Source: an uncultured Planctomycetota bacterium (GTDB lineage: Bacteria; Planctomycetota; Planctomycetia; Isosphaerales; Isosphaeraceae). Taken from it: a stretch of 64,000 nucleotides of DNA. The notes below the pieces were generated by a model. The model was not told the origin of the DNA and searched no databases. It worked only from the letters and a program-made list of their open reading frames with translations. Made by a program: the position numbers and the translations under genes. Shown here piece after piece: positions 63,487 to 64,000 of the stretch (position 1 is the stretch's first letter; each line of letters begins with the position of its first letter). The DNA is taken from contig CAWGMQ010000006.1 of assembly GCA_963823665.1 (NCBI GenBank), positions 768,001 through 832,000 on the forward strand, read 5' to 3'.

Positions 63487-64000
63487 ATGTTTCGACTCTG
63501 GATGATCATCGTTACAGCAGCGGTCTCTCCTGCCCGCGCGGACGGTGGCGGCGAACGTCGAGCCATCGCCGCGGCTGCCCCCGCAGCCGGCGCGATTCCG
63601 GTTCAGCCCCTTCAAGAACGCAAGGCCGTGCCCGTAGACGATTCGCGCCAGGACCTGGAAATCCGGGGCAACGTTGTGGACATCGAGACGGGTCGAACTA
63701 TAACCAACTACTTCCTGCAAGACGGCGAACCCGACCCGAATGCCCCGGGCCGAATAAACTGGGGCGCTGGTGAGAGCCGGCAGTACCCAAACTTTAAGGA
63801 CTCGCTGCACCACACCTATACCAATGCCGGCGAGTGGTCGCGTGTGATCGCACCCGGGTACTTGCCGGAGCCGCTTACTGAGAAACCCTACGACGGCAAG
63901 CCCGGTTCCATGAAGGTCGTCGTCAAGCTGAGGCGAGGCTGGAAAGTTGGCGGCCGGGTGCTCGACTCGTTCAAGAAACCCGTCGCCGGCGCCTCGGTGT
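63487..64000 (+). CDS. Secreted protein with carboxypeptidase-regulatory-like domains, partial
   Basis: Manual translation MFRLWMIIVTAAVSPARA...IRGNVVDIETGR...IAPGYLP...LRRG..VGGRVLD..KPVAGASV, open to the window end. Confidence 0.7.
   Translation, partial: MFRLWMIIVTAAVSPARADGGGERRAIAAAAPAAGAIPVQPLQERKAVPVDDSRQDLEIRGNVVDIETGRTITNYFLQDGEPDPNAPGRINWGAGESRQYPNFKDSLHHTYTNAGEWSRVIAPGYLPEPLTEKPYDGKPGSMKVVVKLRRGWKVGGRVLDSFKKPVAGASV

Overview
High-GC bacterial chromosome segment, very probably a planctomycete (Isosphaeraceae-like). Signs of this are DUF1559 proteins, ECF sigma factors with long C-terminal extensions, planctomycete-type LRR proteins and the MoxR/DUF58/BatA/vWA genes. From left to right the window holds: a MoxR-vWA operon with embedded redox enzymes and an orphan HTH gene; signalling genes (ECF sigma, FHA-GAF-PP2C); a TPR-sulfotransferase; an accessory region (about 15.8-34.7 kb) with gene remnants, duplicated LRR genes, two toxin-antitoxin pairs and a GntR/YtrA-ABC operon with its operator; a large coiled-coil, prenyltransferase, helical-paralog and ABC cluster; a complete group II intron; then housekeeping and envelope genes (TlpA-like, GT4, Uma2, glmS, flippase). 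The most striking signal is that the intron sits inside one arm of a 9-nt-periodic inverted-repeat element directly upstream of a GxxExxY nuclease-like gene, and its EBS1/EBS2 sequences complement that repeat. At least eight genes carry single-base frameshifts, mostly at GCGC contexts, which suggests long-read consensus errors. All calls come from reading the sequence by eye; no searches were run.
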